Assembly: GCA_047495785.1 (NCBI GenBank)
Contig: JBLDXI010000032.1
Coordinates: 4,030,001-4,094,000, forward strand
Origin: Lepidodermella squamata
Taxonomy: Eukaryota; Animalia; Gastrotricha
Reading direction: 5' to 3'
Length of the DNA stretch: 64,000 nt
The notes under the pieces were generated by a model. That model was not told the origin of the DNA and ran no database searches. It worked only from the letters and a program-made list of their open reading frames with translations. The translations under genes were made by a program, and so were the position numbers. Each line of letters starts with the position of its first letter. Positions within the stretch are counted from its first letter, which is position 1. Positions 13,950 through 26,439 of the stretch are shown piece by piece.

Positions 13950-14694
13950 TTATTCTGGCACGTAATCAGGGTCATCAGAGTCAGAGTTGAGAGAAAGATT
14001 TTGCAAGGCTGATGTCAAAGTTCCGATTTCTTCATCCATCTCATCAACAGACTCTTCATGGCTGCTGCTTCCGGTGGACTCGAAATCGGGTTCAATAAAA
14101 TCATCGGAAATACCAGAGCTGTACGGCAGAATAGGTTTCATTTGGTCAAGGCTATCAGGAATGCAATTGATGACCTTATCGCAGAGCATTTCATGCGCAG
14201 CAATCTGATCGTATCTGATCATTTCATCACACAGTACTCCGCAACAGCGCAAATTCAGTTTCTCAAGGGCCTGTATAAATGGATCAGATCAATATAAAAT
14301 CATTATGTCGAATGGCTTCTAGCTAACCTGTAAACAAACGTGAACAAGTGGTTCGTTTGCTGGAGCTTTGCTACGGCAGGTTGGGCAGGAAACTAATCGA
14401 GCAGTTAACCAGCCTCTTGTCATTCTTCTCGCCGGATTTTCGTCAACTGCAGCTTCAATTGCGTTAGGTGATTGACGCCAGGCAGTTATGCAGCTCTGGC
14501 AGAAGATATGACCGCATGCTAGAGCACTAGGCCGTCTAAAAACAAGTAGGCAGATCGGGCATATCAAATCGCTGTCAATTTTCGCCTCGTCGAATCTTTC
14601 AATCTAAAGCATATTTCTGTTATTTTTGCTCTCAAACAATATTTTTTCAATAATTCCTTACTTCATATCCACCGATTCGCATACCCTTCGCCAT
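13950..14694 (-). CDS. RING-HC finger protein (RNF41/RNF151/TRAF-type N-terminus) with acidic tail, three exons
   Basis: Spliced MAKGMRIGGYE-IERFDEAKIDSDLICPIC...CGHIFCQSC...CPTC, then a CC...C...H...C zinc finger and an acidic C-terminus. Confidence 0.82.
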
Positions 14695-14886
14695 AGAGTT
14701 TGGACGCCGAAAAAAGTTCGCATGGGAAAATATTCGATTAGCAAGTCCATTTAATCACGATAAAAACTGTTTAAGGAGGATTTTTTATTTTTCCATCTCA
14801 CGAAAGCAATATTCACTAATATTTGACCACAATGCAGGATAACACAGGATGAAGTCTATGCTATATCATTTTTATAGTGTGGCAGA

Positions 14887-17324
14887 TTACTTCATATTTG
14901 AACATTCAGTTGAGAACGCCAAGGGTGCGAAAATTAGAATAGGCAGCAATAGCGCAGCAGCGGTGCAAATCGTCAAAGAAGCAACGTCGAATTTCGTCAT
15001 AACAATGCCCCACAATTTAGCGTTGTTAAGCATGACCGATGTGAATTTCGGATCGATAACGCATAGGTCACGGCGGCGTTCAAAGATGAAACTGCTAGCT
15101 CGACGCGTGAACTTGAAGAACGACGACGCGGCTGAGATAATGTCACTCGATTGACAGCTGCGGCCTGAATCTTTGCTTTGTTGCTTAGCTTTCATGGCTT
15201 TCAAAGTTTGCTTACGCAATTTTGCCGCATCCTAGAATTAACATAAAAAATTTGACCAACTAAGTTAAATTGTTTACCGAAATCTTTTGCCCCGAGAAAA
15301 CAGGTGACATCGAAGATCTCCATTTATTCCCAGTCACAGCCTCTCCAGTTCGGCGGCTTATGATTACCTGCTCAGCCATCGCTGCAGAGAGCAAAGCAGG
15401 GTCGTTCAAGCTATCCAGGTTGACGTTCTGCTCCTCGGAAAACGATGTTTGATTGCTTTTCTGCGCGACTTCCAACCGATTCTCGTCTTCTCCATATCCA
15501 GGCTTCGAGCGATGCTTGCCAGCTCGCAAGTTTTCCTGTTTCGTGTTGAGCAGCAACTGAGCCACCCCAGTCGGCAATTGAGGCTGCCAAAGTAGGGGAA
15601 TTCGATTAGCTAGAAACAGCATCCAGAGAGGTGGCGGATTTTTCTCAGTTGCAGACATTCGTAAGATTCGTTCGACAATTACAGACTGCAGAATTCCGAA
15701 CGACGAAATGATAATTAGGCCGATGACGTATTTCGACAGAGCTGTGACTGAGTCGCTTGATTTCGGCATTTCTTGCGTGATAATGGTCTGGAAAACGACC
15801 AGTGTGAGCAAATTTGTAGTACCGAACCCAACTCGATCCGAAGTCGTGCTAAAGGAATTACAATCATCAGCATCGTCTTGAAGCTAATTTCCAACTTACT
15901 CAGTACTACTAATTGTGAAGACGAGGAGTTGAATTGCCGAAAGCGTCGCACATGGGAAGATTAGGTTGATGACGTAGAAGGTAGGTTTTCGCCGAACGAT
16001 GAAATCAAAACGGAGCCGAGTGAAAACTTCGCCGGAAAAGTCGTAAACGTGGTGGTAAATTGTAGCCTGGTGGTTGCACAATCCCCATTGCGGACTGTAA
16101 ATTTATCCTCATAATTGAAAAAATAACTCAAATTTTTGTAAGTAAACCTTGCGAAAGTGTCATCTATCAAAGCTTCGGAGGAGCTGTTGAAGGTCATTGT
16201 TCCGCTGTCAAGGGCCCACGACTCGAACTCGAAACCACACTTTAAAATTGAAATATGAGCTTAGGAATAAGGTAACTAAATAAGTTACGGTTTGAATGTC
16301 GAAGGGAAAGGTTAGTAGTTTCAAATCGCACCATGTTCGAGAAGTTCCAGTCGGAACGAACTATTTAAGAGAAGGTATTAAAAATGGGTGGGACATGGAA
16401 ATCGAGCCTCAAACCTTCATTTTCCCATCATAATTTACTCGAACTATAAAGCGTGTGTCTTTAGATATACCGTAAAGGTGGTCAGCTGAGTTAGTCATCT
16501 GTAAAATCAAGACTATTGCTTCAAGCCCTATGTTTTTAATGGATGTAATTACCGCTATGTCTGGCAGCCAAACGTTGTCAGAATCAAAAGCCAAAACTGA
16601 AACATTGGCGTAGTTTGCGGGATTCCTGTTTCAAAAAAGTTGGTAAAACAGCTTAAATATGAATAATAATTACCATCGAAGTCTTGGATCTTCCCATTCC
16701 TGAAAGCCGGCGAAAGGATTTATATTGGAAAAATACCAAATTTAAGCAACTCACAACAAGCAGAGCGATTACCGACTCAAAAATGCCTTCCTTCTCAATT
16801 GTACTCTTCACTCGCATTAAAAGCAAATCAACTTTCACCGTTGTTGGACCTGAGAAATTATTTGTTTACGATTAAAGGAGGACTATCAAATTAGCCAGCT
16901 TACGCTTAGGAACCAGCTCCTTGTGATAGTTACTGAACATGGCTTCGAACAAATCACTCATCAACTCGCTTTCGGTCAAGTTGTAGTTGGGGTTGGTGAT
17001 ATTGAGCGGATCCGCGCCGATTAATATCGATTTTTTCACCCCGCCCGAACTTGACGACGACGAAGATGCTTCAGGCTTCCTGCCCCGATGCTTGTGCTTT
17101 GCGGCTAGCCCGCCTTTACTCTTGCCACCAGCCCTTGCGCTGACAGATAAAATAGGCCCCTCGATTTTCGCAGTGCCGTTCATGTCAGAAAACGACTGAA
17201 CGACGAGAACGCTTCTCAGAAAACGATGTTGCAAACCAGTTAACGTAGAATTAGTCGTAGCTACTTGTACATCAGCTGTGGCCGAAGCAAAAACGCATGT
17301 TATCGAAACTAGGAATATCAACAT
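14887..17324 (-). CDS. Cys-loop pLGIC subunit G (non-alpha), many exons
   Basis: ATG 17324 (MLIFLVSITC); WLPDIA-MTNSAD, CDLKLLTFPFDIQT-C, SDRVGFG M2, M4 KFDVASLTIC. Confidence 0.92.
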
Positions 17325-17721
17325 TTTTATTCTAATTATTTTCAAGTAATTATTTTGGACATTTGTTTCATGAAGATTTTTCACGCCTTTTTTAAATTGA
17401 GGACTCGAATAATTAAATATTTTATTCTCACTTTCAGTCATTTGCAAGTTAAAAATATTCAAAAACGAGGATAATTTTACAGAGGACGCTGTTAAATTCG
17501 CAGTCCCCTGGGGCGAAGCTCAAATCACCACGACCATTCAAGCAACTAATAATTGAATTTCAGCCTCGAGATAGGCGAAAGATTAACCCACGGCAAAAAT
17601 TACTAGAAAACTAGAAAAACAACTTAAGATGGAGGATTAAAAATTGAGACATTAAGTCTAAACCGGAAAGGAAACAGTTCCGCCTCGCAGTTCCACTCTT
17701 GCCGGTCAAGTCAAGCGAGCA

Positions 17722-18054
17722 ATGAATAAAGCACTCATTTTAGGCGTGCTGTTTGTTTTCGGAAGTGCTAATCGCTTCACCTTCGGCCGCCAGCACGACG
17801 ACGCCCTACAAATTGGGAAGCGTGGTTTCGGTAGCCTACTGCCCGGTTTGACCGCTCCCAAGGAAAACTACGATCGAATAACCTCAATTTTCAGCCGAGT
17901 GGTCCAAAAGCGGCTATTAGGTGGGACTTTGTCGGCCAGAGTTACTCCGCCTGCTCGTAAATTGGCCCTGAATTATGATACAAGTTACGCCTCGAAAAGA
18001 ACTAGCAATGTTCGACGCAATCAAAAGCATTACCGACGACAATTTACTTATTGA
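17722..18054 (+). CDS. Secreted prepropeptide with several KR sites
   Basis: Hydrophobic N-terminus; GKR-GFGSLL, KR-LLGG, KR-TS. Confidence 0.72.
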   Translation: MNKALILGVLFVFGSANRFTFGRQHDDALQIGKRGFGSLLPGLTAPKENYDRITSIFSRVVQKRLLGGTLSARVTPPARKLALNYDTSYASKRTSNVRRNQKHYRRQFTY

Positions 18055-18105
18055 AAATAAATTGGTAAAAACAAAAATTTGTTTTAATTAGGTTTTTTTG
18101 AAATA

Positions 18106-18396
18106 ATGGCGAAATCTGTCGTCATTGCTATAATTTTGGCTTCGGCTGTTGTGTTGTGTCTCGCTCAGCCGCCGAGGAAATACGGCTCCTTTCGTCAAAA
18201 CAGTGCTATCCCAACCAAGCTCCAGCTCCTCCGGCTCGAAGCCGACCCGCCAAGTAATATCGTCCACGAAAAAGCCGCGCCTTCCTTTCGATCTTTTAAC
18301 AGACAACGAGTTGCCGGTGGGATTCGAGATGAAAAACGAGCGGTATCACCCTATTTCAGCGGCGGTAGGTGGAGCCTCAAAACCAGTTACCTATAA
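18106..18396 (+). CDS. Secreted prepropeptide
   Basis: Strong signal peptide; KR-AVSPYFSG-GR is a possible amidated peptide. Confidence 0.72.
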   Translation: MAKSVVIAIILASAVVLCLAQPPRKYGSFRQNSAIPTKLQLLRLEADPPSNIVHEKAAPSFRSFNRQRVAGGIRDEKRAVSPYFSGGRWSLKTSYL

Positions 18397-18882
18397 TTTC
18401 AACAACTTTCGAAAAAATTTCCTCCACCCTGTTACTTCAATTTCCGCGTCTAATTTAGTTTATGTCAATAATAAGGGCAAGGATGAATCGTTCGGAGCAC
18501 CATTAGCTAAAATGAACAAAACTCAAGAGCCGGTTCATCGCGTGATTTTCGTTTCACCTCAGGATGCTGAGGTCGTTTATTCAATGCCGAAACCTTTGAA
18601 ACTATTGATATTTCTCATTTTCATTTCGACTTGTTCGATAATAGCCTGTTTACTTCTATCCCGGCGCCGAAAGAATGTCTGAAATATATACATTTGAAAG
18701 GATTCCTAAACCAAATAAAATTTATTACGACGAACCTGGGACACTTGTGAAAGTCCTAAGACCCCACGCATAGAAAATTTTCATTAAGTTTTCCAGCTCA
18801 GCGTTGGAATGCGGAAAAAAACAAAGGGGGCGCGAATATCATTATTTATTTTTTCTCTCGCATTTTTTATTAAGCCGAAATT

Positions 18883-19251
18883 ATGGCATCAATACTTACT
18901 TTATGCCTGACTATCTCTATTCCGGTTTTACTGAACAGTGCTTCCGCGCGCATCAGTTATTCCGAGCAGCTTAATAATGCCATTATACAGAAGTTTGCCC
19001 GCGGCTACTTCGATCAACCGGAGGTGAATGAATCACCATCACAGTTGCGGCAGAACATGAGGCGCGGCAGTCAGAGCGCGGCAGTCAGCAGCCAGAATCA
19101 AGCGTTAATTTTGAAGAAGATCGTCCAGACGCTGAAGCAGCATCAGCTGACGTCTGGCGCGCATTGGAATGGCGCTTCCTCGGCTATGGTTTTCAGCCGG
19201 AAAGCTGGCATTGCCCGCACAAAAGCGGAAAAACAACATGAAACCCAGTGA
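18883..19251 (+). CDS. Secreted basic peptide precursor
   Basis: Signal peptide ending ASA; RR, KK and RK sites. Confidence 0.7.
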   Translation: MASILTLCLTISIPVLLNSASARISYSEQLNNAIIQKFARGYFDQPEVNESPSQLRQNMRRGSQSAAVSSQNQALILKKIVQTLKQHQLTSGAHWNGASSAMVFSRKAGIARTKAEKQHETQ

Positions 19252-19773
19252 AAAATTTGTATTTTGTCCTACCTAATGTTTTCCTAATTACTGTGAGTGA
19301 GAAGAATACATGACAGAAAGGCGAAAATCAGGAAACGACACTTGTTTTTTTAATCGAAAGATGTCCCTGTTCATTATGAAACGCGATATTATCGAAAAAC
19401 AAACGGACCATTTAAGTCCGTTTAAGCTGTTTTCTTTCTGAGAGGATCATCAGGAGTTTTACAATGAGTTTACTTTTTGCTTCAAGCAATTTTTGTACAA
19501 TTCGTGAAAACTCAATCTATCATCTTGAAACCCAGGTATGTTTTGGTATTTTGATTCAGTTAATTTACAGCTGATGAGCATTAATTGAGTGGCTGGTTAG
19601 TTTGAAGAGCTCATTAAATCGCGGTTTTTGAGACGTTCATTAGCTAGTAAGCATGTGATATGAGTGCTATTTCGTGCAGGTCGAACCGGTATAATGATGT
19701 TTTGTTGTAGGATATAAGATCGTCTCAAAAAATCAAACATTCATTATACTCTCCTAATTCTTTCGTAATAGAA

Positions 19774-20088
19774 ATGAGCCGATTGCTACTACTGCTAGCT
19801 CTAACTCTGGTAGTTTTCTTGGCTGGAAATGGCTGTCTTGCCGAGCAAAAGGTCTTGAACCTTCAGGAAGTTATCGATCGAATCACGGCTAACATTATGG
19901 CGCATCGATTCAGCCGCGGGATCGTGGGACCGTTACCCGGGAAAGCGGAACGGAAATCGCTGGGTAAAAATCGATTACGACCAAGGACCAAAATTCTGAT
20001 GTTGAAAAAAACTGCGCCGCAAACTAACGTCATATCCGCGAAAACAAAGCACCTATTCAGCTGGCCTATTAACTATTTCTTCTTCTGA
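19774..20088 (+). CDS. Secreted basic peptide precursor
   Basis: Leu-rich signal peptide; upstream GATATAAG; AATAAA downstream. Confidence 0.72.
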   Translation: MSRLLLLLALTLVVFLAGNGCLAEQKVLNLQEVIDRITANIMAHRFSRGIVGPLPGKAERKSLGKNRLRPRTKILMLKKTAPQTNVISAKTKHLFSWPINYFFF

Positions 20089-20479
20089 TGTTATTATTTT
20101 TGTCTGAGTTTTAATCAGAAAAAAGCTTTCATGAATAAAGTTAGATTCTTGATGCTGTGTCCGCATATTTTAGGGACTGAAGGCGAGACGATGAAATTGC
20201 ACGCAACCCCCGCGCTCTTACTATGGACGCTGATGACGGATAATATTTCATCTTCACATCACCCTATGACTCAATATATCATTCACTAGGTATATATTGC
20301 ATAGTCAACGCGAAAATATGTGTGTTTCTTGATATTACGGCCGCCTGCATACCGGAAATGATTGTGATTAAAGGTCAAAAGCCGGTTGTAAACACTTGGA
20401 ATTTCGAAGATAAAAACAGCTCATCGGCTTTATTTTCAATCAGTATATTTTCAAATTTCTTCCAGAAAAAAAGCATATC

Positions 20480-20959
20480 ATGCTCATCCGAATTTCCTTC
20501 GCTATAGTACTTCTAGCTGACTACGTCGTGGTAGGCTCAGGCTTGGAACAAATGCAGATAGATGGTGATAATCTAGCCCTTGTTAAACGAGCTGGAACTG
20601 CCGGTAACAGCTACAACGGTGGTAGTAGGCGCCGGCAATCATCGAATCAAGCCTCTACCTCGAATAAATTAATCGGAAACCGGCATCAAGCTATACGGCA
20701 GCAACATAGGAGTCAACGGCTGAAAATCGCAAAATTTATTGCAACCTATCTGCCTCAAGAAATGCGCCAACGGCTATCTAGATCAAACAACCTCGGTTCT
20801 GTTTCACTGTCTGCTCTTGGCAAGACTGCTAGTCAATCTTCATCGATGGGAAATAAGCAACTAAATGGTCAGGTGGAACTCAAGAAAACGCCGCAGCATT
20901 ACGTTAACCTACTAATGTGGCTGCGAAAGGCCAAGAATACTATTGAATTGAGAAAATAG
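20480..20959 (+). CDS. SNNLG-family secreted precursor 1
   Basis: Signal, KR-AGTAGNSYNGGS-RRR, LKIAKFIATYLP...SNNLG, YVNLLMWL. Confidence 0.88.
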   Translation: MLIRISFAIVLLADYVVVGSGLEQMQIDGDNLALVKRAGTAGNSYNGGSRRRQSSNQASTSNKLIGNRHQAIRQQHRSQRLKIAKFIATYLPQEMRQRLSRSNNLGSVSLSALGKTASQSSSMGNKQLNGQVELKKTPQHYVNLLMWLRKAKNTIELRK

Positions 20960-21204
20960 TCACTTTAAAGTTTAAGTTGATTAAAGCCTGAGAAAAATTA
21001 TATAAATATATAAATGTATATAATATGTAGCGTGATTGCTAGGAGTTGATGAATTGTGGCATTACAGAAATCGCATGAATAAAAGCGAGAATATATTTTA
21101 GCGGAACGTAATTTGCTTTTTGTGATACAACAATTCACTGCAGCTGCATTTTTTTAATTGTAACCATACTGTAACCACAGGAAATTGTCATTTTTCGACC
21201 GTGG

Positions 21205-21780
21205 CCAGACACTAGGGCGCCAGACACGAGGGCGGAAGACCAAAGAGCGCTGACAAAAGGTCGCCTGGACTTAAGGGCGGCCGGATAAAAGGGCGCCCGA
21301 ATTAACATGAAAAATATAATTTAGGATTGGGAACACAATTCGAACTCTACACAACATATTGCCCAAGAAAATATGGTGGTAACGAGAATTGCCATAATTT
21401 TCTAATTTGTATGATTGAGCAAGCATTTCGTTCATTTAAGCGATTCTTAGGACGAGCTTGGGAGATAGCCAGGTCGCTGTGCAAATTAAATGCGGAGAAT
21501 CAATCAATGGATCAGGACTGCTCAACAATTAGGACTGCATTAGGACTGCATTAGGACTGCAAAACTGGAGGCTGCCACGGCTCATCTGAATCAACTTGAT
21601 GTTTCCAAATCTGTCTTGAAAACAAGTTTCAGAACAAGGCGTAATATTCAAATATCCAGACGCCCTATTTGTCAGCGCCCTTTGGTCTTCTGCCCTTTTG
21701 TCCGGTGCCTTTTAACCCATCTGCCCTAATGTCTGTCGCCTTTTTTATTTACCTTTCGCTCTTTTAGCGGCGCCCTAATG
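21205..21780. mobile_element. Foldback/MITE-like element with inverted arrays of about 15-bp AGGGCG units
   Basis: Left arm gggcggaagaccaaagagcgctgacaaaaggtcgcctgga matches the reverse complement of right arm tccagacgccctatttgtcagcgccctttggtcttctgccc; internal TTAGGACTGCA x3; termini and TSD not resolved. Confidence 0.6.
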
Positions 21781-23514
21781 ATAGAAACGTTCGCCGAGTG
21801 ATAGAAACCAAAAGCAACGTTTAAAGAAATATTTCCTGAGCTAATACGTCGGGGTGAAAGTTTTCGATATCTGAACTTTGAAAGTCAAGATTGTAGGAAA
21901 TTTTAAGTGCTTGGATAGGCCTTGAGATCAGCTAAACAAAGATTTATATATTTATGAATTTTCGTAATCAGGTGGATGCCCATGTTGAAAAGATGTTGAA
22001 TCGAATGAGCAAAACATAAAGTATCTCTATCTATGACAATTTATGGCCTATAATATGAGCGATGACGCTATCTTGGGCCGATTGGGCTATTCATCTCAAT
22101 GGCCTATTTGAAGAATTACCTTACTTAATATTAATCTGTTTTCTCATTTTTTCCCGGCTGTGAAGTTGTAATTAAGGACAAGGAAAGACATCATACTCTT
22201 CTCTATAAATAGAGGTTTTTTTGCTGATTTTCCCGGTATTTTACCGAAATGTGAAAATAAGGGACTACTACACAATGCAACAATCGAAACGCAAGGCCTT
22301 GAAAACAAAGCCTTAAAACGTTTAAAATCATTTTTTCTGGAAAGGCCTTGAAACGTATCAAAATTGCAATTTAATTTCGCGCACGCATGGACATTTATTT
22401 TCAAGAACTGAATTTTTTTATTCTGAACTGCGTTCCTCTGTAGAGCCATCTCCTTGGTATTCTATTGAAAATTATTTTATTCAATATTATCAGCTCTGAA
22501 ATTATTGGCTAAAAATGAGTTATTGTGCAAGTAGTAGATGAGATGTTGAAGCTGGCAAAATTTTCGACAAAATCGGCCAGCTCAGCCTTGATGACCGCGC
22601 ATTCTGCATCAAGGTTTCTTCGGCTTTTTGCCCTGCGCGAAAGCCGGTGATTTTGGCTTCAACTTCGCCTAGGGCAAGGAGTTGAGAAATAGGCTCGAAA
22701 ACAGGTGTTGATGAACCGAGTGAGTGACGCAACCGACGGCTCGGGCTTGAGAACTCGCCGAAATTGCGTGGCGCTCATCTTCGATTTGCAGTTCCGTTAA
22801 CGCGTCTTGATCTGGCGGCGCTGGCGCAGGTAAATTGGCGGGGCGAAGCCGGCGCGACCCCGATTAGCGGCGATGGGGAGTCGTCTTAGGCAGACGCCGT
22901 TCTCGTGTGACCTCGCGGCGGCGCGGCGGCGCTGATTCCGGGCGCTTCAGCATCGACAGCCTCCGTAGTGGCAGCGGCAAATTTCGCGGGGCGAGTACCA
23001 GCCATGATTTTCAAACATGATACATAAAAATGTCCAAAACTCAAAAACTATGATTGAGTTTTTTGCGTGCGCTCATTTCGATAAATAGTGCACACGGCGT
23101 GGCGTGCTCTATTTGTTGCATGAGCAGCAACATGACACAAATTAATTAGTGCGCGCGTTGTTTTTTTATGCATTGTGAGCCCTTTCCTTGTTGACAAATG
23201 TTTTGACGTTTTTTTGCGTGCGCACATTTTAATCCCTTGCATTGTGTAGTAGTCCCGAAAATAAGTTTAATGAAGGTTGTTATAAGGTTGTTATAAAAAA
23301 TTCCGGATTTTAATAAAATCATCACGCCAACGTTCCTCTTTCATCCGCTTCCCGTTAGACAGGTTGTGCGTGTCTCTTTAAAGATATTCCTGATGCTTGG
23401 CTTACGTTCATTCTTTAAATTTGCGTGTCCGGAAGTGTTTACTCATGTTTGTCACTATAATATCGTTTATATCTCATGGTGTTCAATTTTTAGGCAAATA
23501 TCCAAATTGTTGAG

Positions 23515-23862
23515 ATGATGTCTCTCCATTATTTTGTGACATTAGCTTTCATCACGGTATCTGTGATATTGGTGTGCACTGAATCAGCAAGTATCTACGA
23601 TGCTAACGTTGGTGATCTCGTCGACTACGTCAACGTCGAGCCAGTATCATTTTTCATGCGAACTGGACTAAGTGGGCGCCGGAAGCATTCGAGGAACACC
23701 CCTCGTAAAGACTATCATGTTAAGAAGGACCCGAGAAAAGAGCCTGGCGAATGGAAGCATACTGTCAGCGGAGCCTATTTCGCTTTGGCTAACGGTGGTT
23801 TCTCGAACAGTGCCAGCAAATTTAGGGGCAACGATCCGCATGCTAAACATAATCATCGATAA
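23515..23862 (+). CDS. Secreted His/basic peptide precursor
   Basis: Signal peptide, acidic spacer, SG-RRK site. Confidence 0.7.
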   Translation: MMSLHYFVTLAFITVSVILVCTESASIYDANVGDLVDYVNVEPVSFFMRTGLSGRRKHSRNTPRKDYHVKKDPRKEPGEWKHTVSGAYFALANGGFSNSASKFRGNDPHAKHNHR

Positions 23863-24933
23863 AAATGCATGTTGACCTCAAATTCCGTATATCCTCATAC
23901 GTCCATCTGTTTTTGCCCGTTTGATAAGATGCGATAATTATTGAATAAAATCACCAATCAATATCTGAACAATTCCGATTTTTTGCTTAGGGTTGACTGA
24001 ACTGAATAGCCTCTGGAGAAGATGGCGTAGTTCTGAGGCGCTTAATTTCCTTCTTTTTTTATTTTTAGACGAGACTTGACAAAACTAATCAAAGAATCTA
24101 AAATTATTATCCATATTAATACAAATTACACCCACGACCTTCCACTCTTCCTGAACACCGACTTGTTTCTTTCGAGAGCCAGGGTGGCTTCTCACTTAAA
24201 AAATTAAGCATTAAGAGTCATCAACTCATTAGCTAATGAAGTTCATGCGTTTAGTAAGTCGACATCCAAGGGGCTACTATTACAATTTCTTCATATTAAA
24301 TCCTCGGCGAAAAACGTTTTTCAAGTAAATTTAGATTAAAATTGCCCGCTTAGCAGTTCAAGTAGGCGGATGTTTAGTGCTTCTTTATCACGTCTATACT
24401 AACCGACAGGAAGACTTGTATAGCCGGTGCGCATACGTACGTCTATTGCTAATTTTCAAAATCTGACTTTGCCCTTCAGATTTAGTGAACTGACGCAGTG
24501 CGAATTTTGTGCACTAGCGAATTCCGAATATAATTCCGAAATAGTGACCCGTGCTCAAAATTATGACCCACATGATGACTAATTTTTCAATTTAAACATG
24601 CAGTCCTGCGTATCTCGCGCTGTGAGGACCATTTCCTTTTTTAGTTTGGAACACTTCGAAATAAACCAGGTGTATTACCGTATTTTTCCTAGTAGCCCAG
24701 TCGCTAATAATCGCCCATTCCTAATAGGTAGTAGCCCAGGGTTGAGGGTAAAGCCGGTTCGAAAACTTCGAGAACAATGAATGATTCACCGAAAACTAAT
24801 TTTCTAATGTTTCAACATTTCGAGGTTCAAAGTTTAGTAGCCCATGCTGATATATAGGAACAAATACGGTACTTGGGAATATAGGTTATTTTTTTATATT
24901 TATATTTATCGAAATCATAGATTTTTGAGAGAC

Positions 24934-25518
24934 ATGAACAAGCTGAACCTGATCACATTGGCAGTTTTAAGTCTCTGCTTCACGAGTTCAATTTTCGCTG
25001 ACCAGTCGCGTGAATCGAATGAAATGACGCTCGGCGATCTGATGTTGCGATCGGGCGGTACATCGGCGGGGGTTGGGACGAGCTACAGCAGCAACCGACG
25101 TCAACACTCTTCATCTCAACCTTCCGTGTCAAATAAACCCATTCACGTAGGCCGGAGGCACCGCCTGCAGCGAAAGGACACCGAAAGCCGGAAGCGGAAA
25201 TTTGCCAAATTTGTCGCTACTTATCTGCCGTCTGAAGCTAAGCAACATCTCGTTAATTCGAACAATCTGGGAGTTATCAGCGCCCGAAATGGTCCATTGA
25301 TTGAGGAGCTACCCCGAGTTCTCCCGACCCCTGGAACTAGATTGGTTCGAACTATCATTAAAACCGAAACCACGACAGTCCCACCGCCACCGACCCCCGC
25401 TCCCACTCATAGGCCGTATTTCAAATCACGTGTTCCATTCGGCCGCAGAAACTCCATGTTTTACCATAAAAACCTAATCCGCTGGCTTATGGCGTCGAAA
25501 TACAATGTTGACATTTGA
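24934..25518 (+). CDS. SNNLG-family secreted precursor 2
   Basis: Likely ATG 24934 (MNKLNL signal); SAGVGTSYSSNRR, AKFVATYLP...SNNLG, NLIRWLMASKY. Confidence 0.88.
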   Translation: MNKLNLITLAVLSLCFTSSIFADQSRESNEMTLGDLMLRSGGTSAGVGTSYSSNRRQHSSSQPSVSNKPIHVGRRHRLQRKDTESRKRKFAKFVATYLPSEAKQHLVNSNNLGVISARNGPLIEELPRVLPTPGTRLVRTIIKTETTTVPPPPTPAPTHRPYFKSRVPFGRRNSMFYHKNLIRWLMASKYNVDI

Positions 25519-25893
25519 TGTTTTTCTCATCGCCCATATTATGTTTACTAGGCAGTGTGTTTTTTCAATGCAATGTACCTGTGAAAAATAAAAATGTCTT
25601 GTTTATTTATTAACGCTTCGGGTTTCGATTTAACAAGTGGTCCACTATAATAAACCTTTGATGTGTAGAGACTCCCCCGAATCATTTTCACTATACTTCT
25701 TCCCACTCAAGCGTTGCCAAGACTTCGCGAATAACAGACGTCTTTTGCGTAACTCTAGATGACCAGGTCGAAGCCCGCGGGCAAAGGATTAGATTTCATC
25801 GATGTTTACGAGTCATCCCCGCAAGTTGCGCTCAATTTTTCACATTTGAACAAATTTTTTGCCCCTTTTGCGATAGCAAAAAAATTATTCTTA

Positions 25894-26439
25894 ATGAAAG
25901 TTCCGTACTACTTATTGCTCTGGGTCGTCTCAGCCGGATTTTCCCACGCTGCTGTAGACATATCATCCGTCCGCCCTGATTTTCACGACCAATTGCTTCT
26001 CAACAAGCGAGCTGGTAGTTCAGCTGGGGTGGGCAGCAGTTACAGCAGCAATAGGCGACAATACTCATCTTCGCTGCCGTCAGTGTCTAACAAGCCGAAC
26101 CATGTTGCGAGGCGATATCGGTTAATGCAGAAAGAGGCGGAATATCGGCGACTGAAACTCGCGAAATTCGTTGCCACTTACCTGCCAACTGATGTCCGCC
26201 AGCGGCTCGTGCACTCCAACAACCTGGGCGTTGTAGGCGGCCCGAATCGGTCGATAAAACTGGCTAGAAATCCGAGATTGGTGATGAAGAATGTCGCAAA
26301 TGCACCTCTCATGAGAACTTCACACAACACGGAACAAAAGCTGGCTTTCAACGGCAGAAGGCGGGTTAATTTCCATGACGTCAATCTTGTTAAATGGCTC
26401 GGTGCTTCTAAATATGGTGTCGAAATTAAGAAAAAATAA
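25894..26439 (+). CDS. SNNLG-family secreted precursor 3
   Basis: Likely ATG 25894 (MKVPYYLLL); KR-AGSSAGVGSSYSSN-RR, LKLAKFVATYLP...SNNLG, NLVKWLGASKYG. Confidence 0.88.
   Translation: MKVPYYLLLWVVSAGFSHAAVDISSVRPDFHDQLLLNKRAGSSAGVGSSYSSNRRQYSSSLPSVSNKPNHVARRYRLMQKEAEYRRLKLAKFVATYLPTDVRQRLVHSNNLGVVGGPNRSIKLARNPRLVMKNVANAPLMRTSHNTEQKLAFNGRRRVNFHDVNLVKWLGASKYGVEIKKK

Noticed and set aside
18149-18682. 177-aa ORF with a C-terminal hydrophobic segment
   Set aside because: Overlaps the better-supported 18106 gene in another frame and has a non-ATG start; a small membrane protein from ATG near 18512 is possible but unsupported
25894-26439. Resemblance of QRLVHSNNLG to amylin (LVxSSNNxG) and of HYVNLL to NPY (HYINLI)
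   Set aside because: No N-terminal Cys ring or C-terminal amide of the calcitonin family, and no RxRY/F-amide; short matches are likely chance
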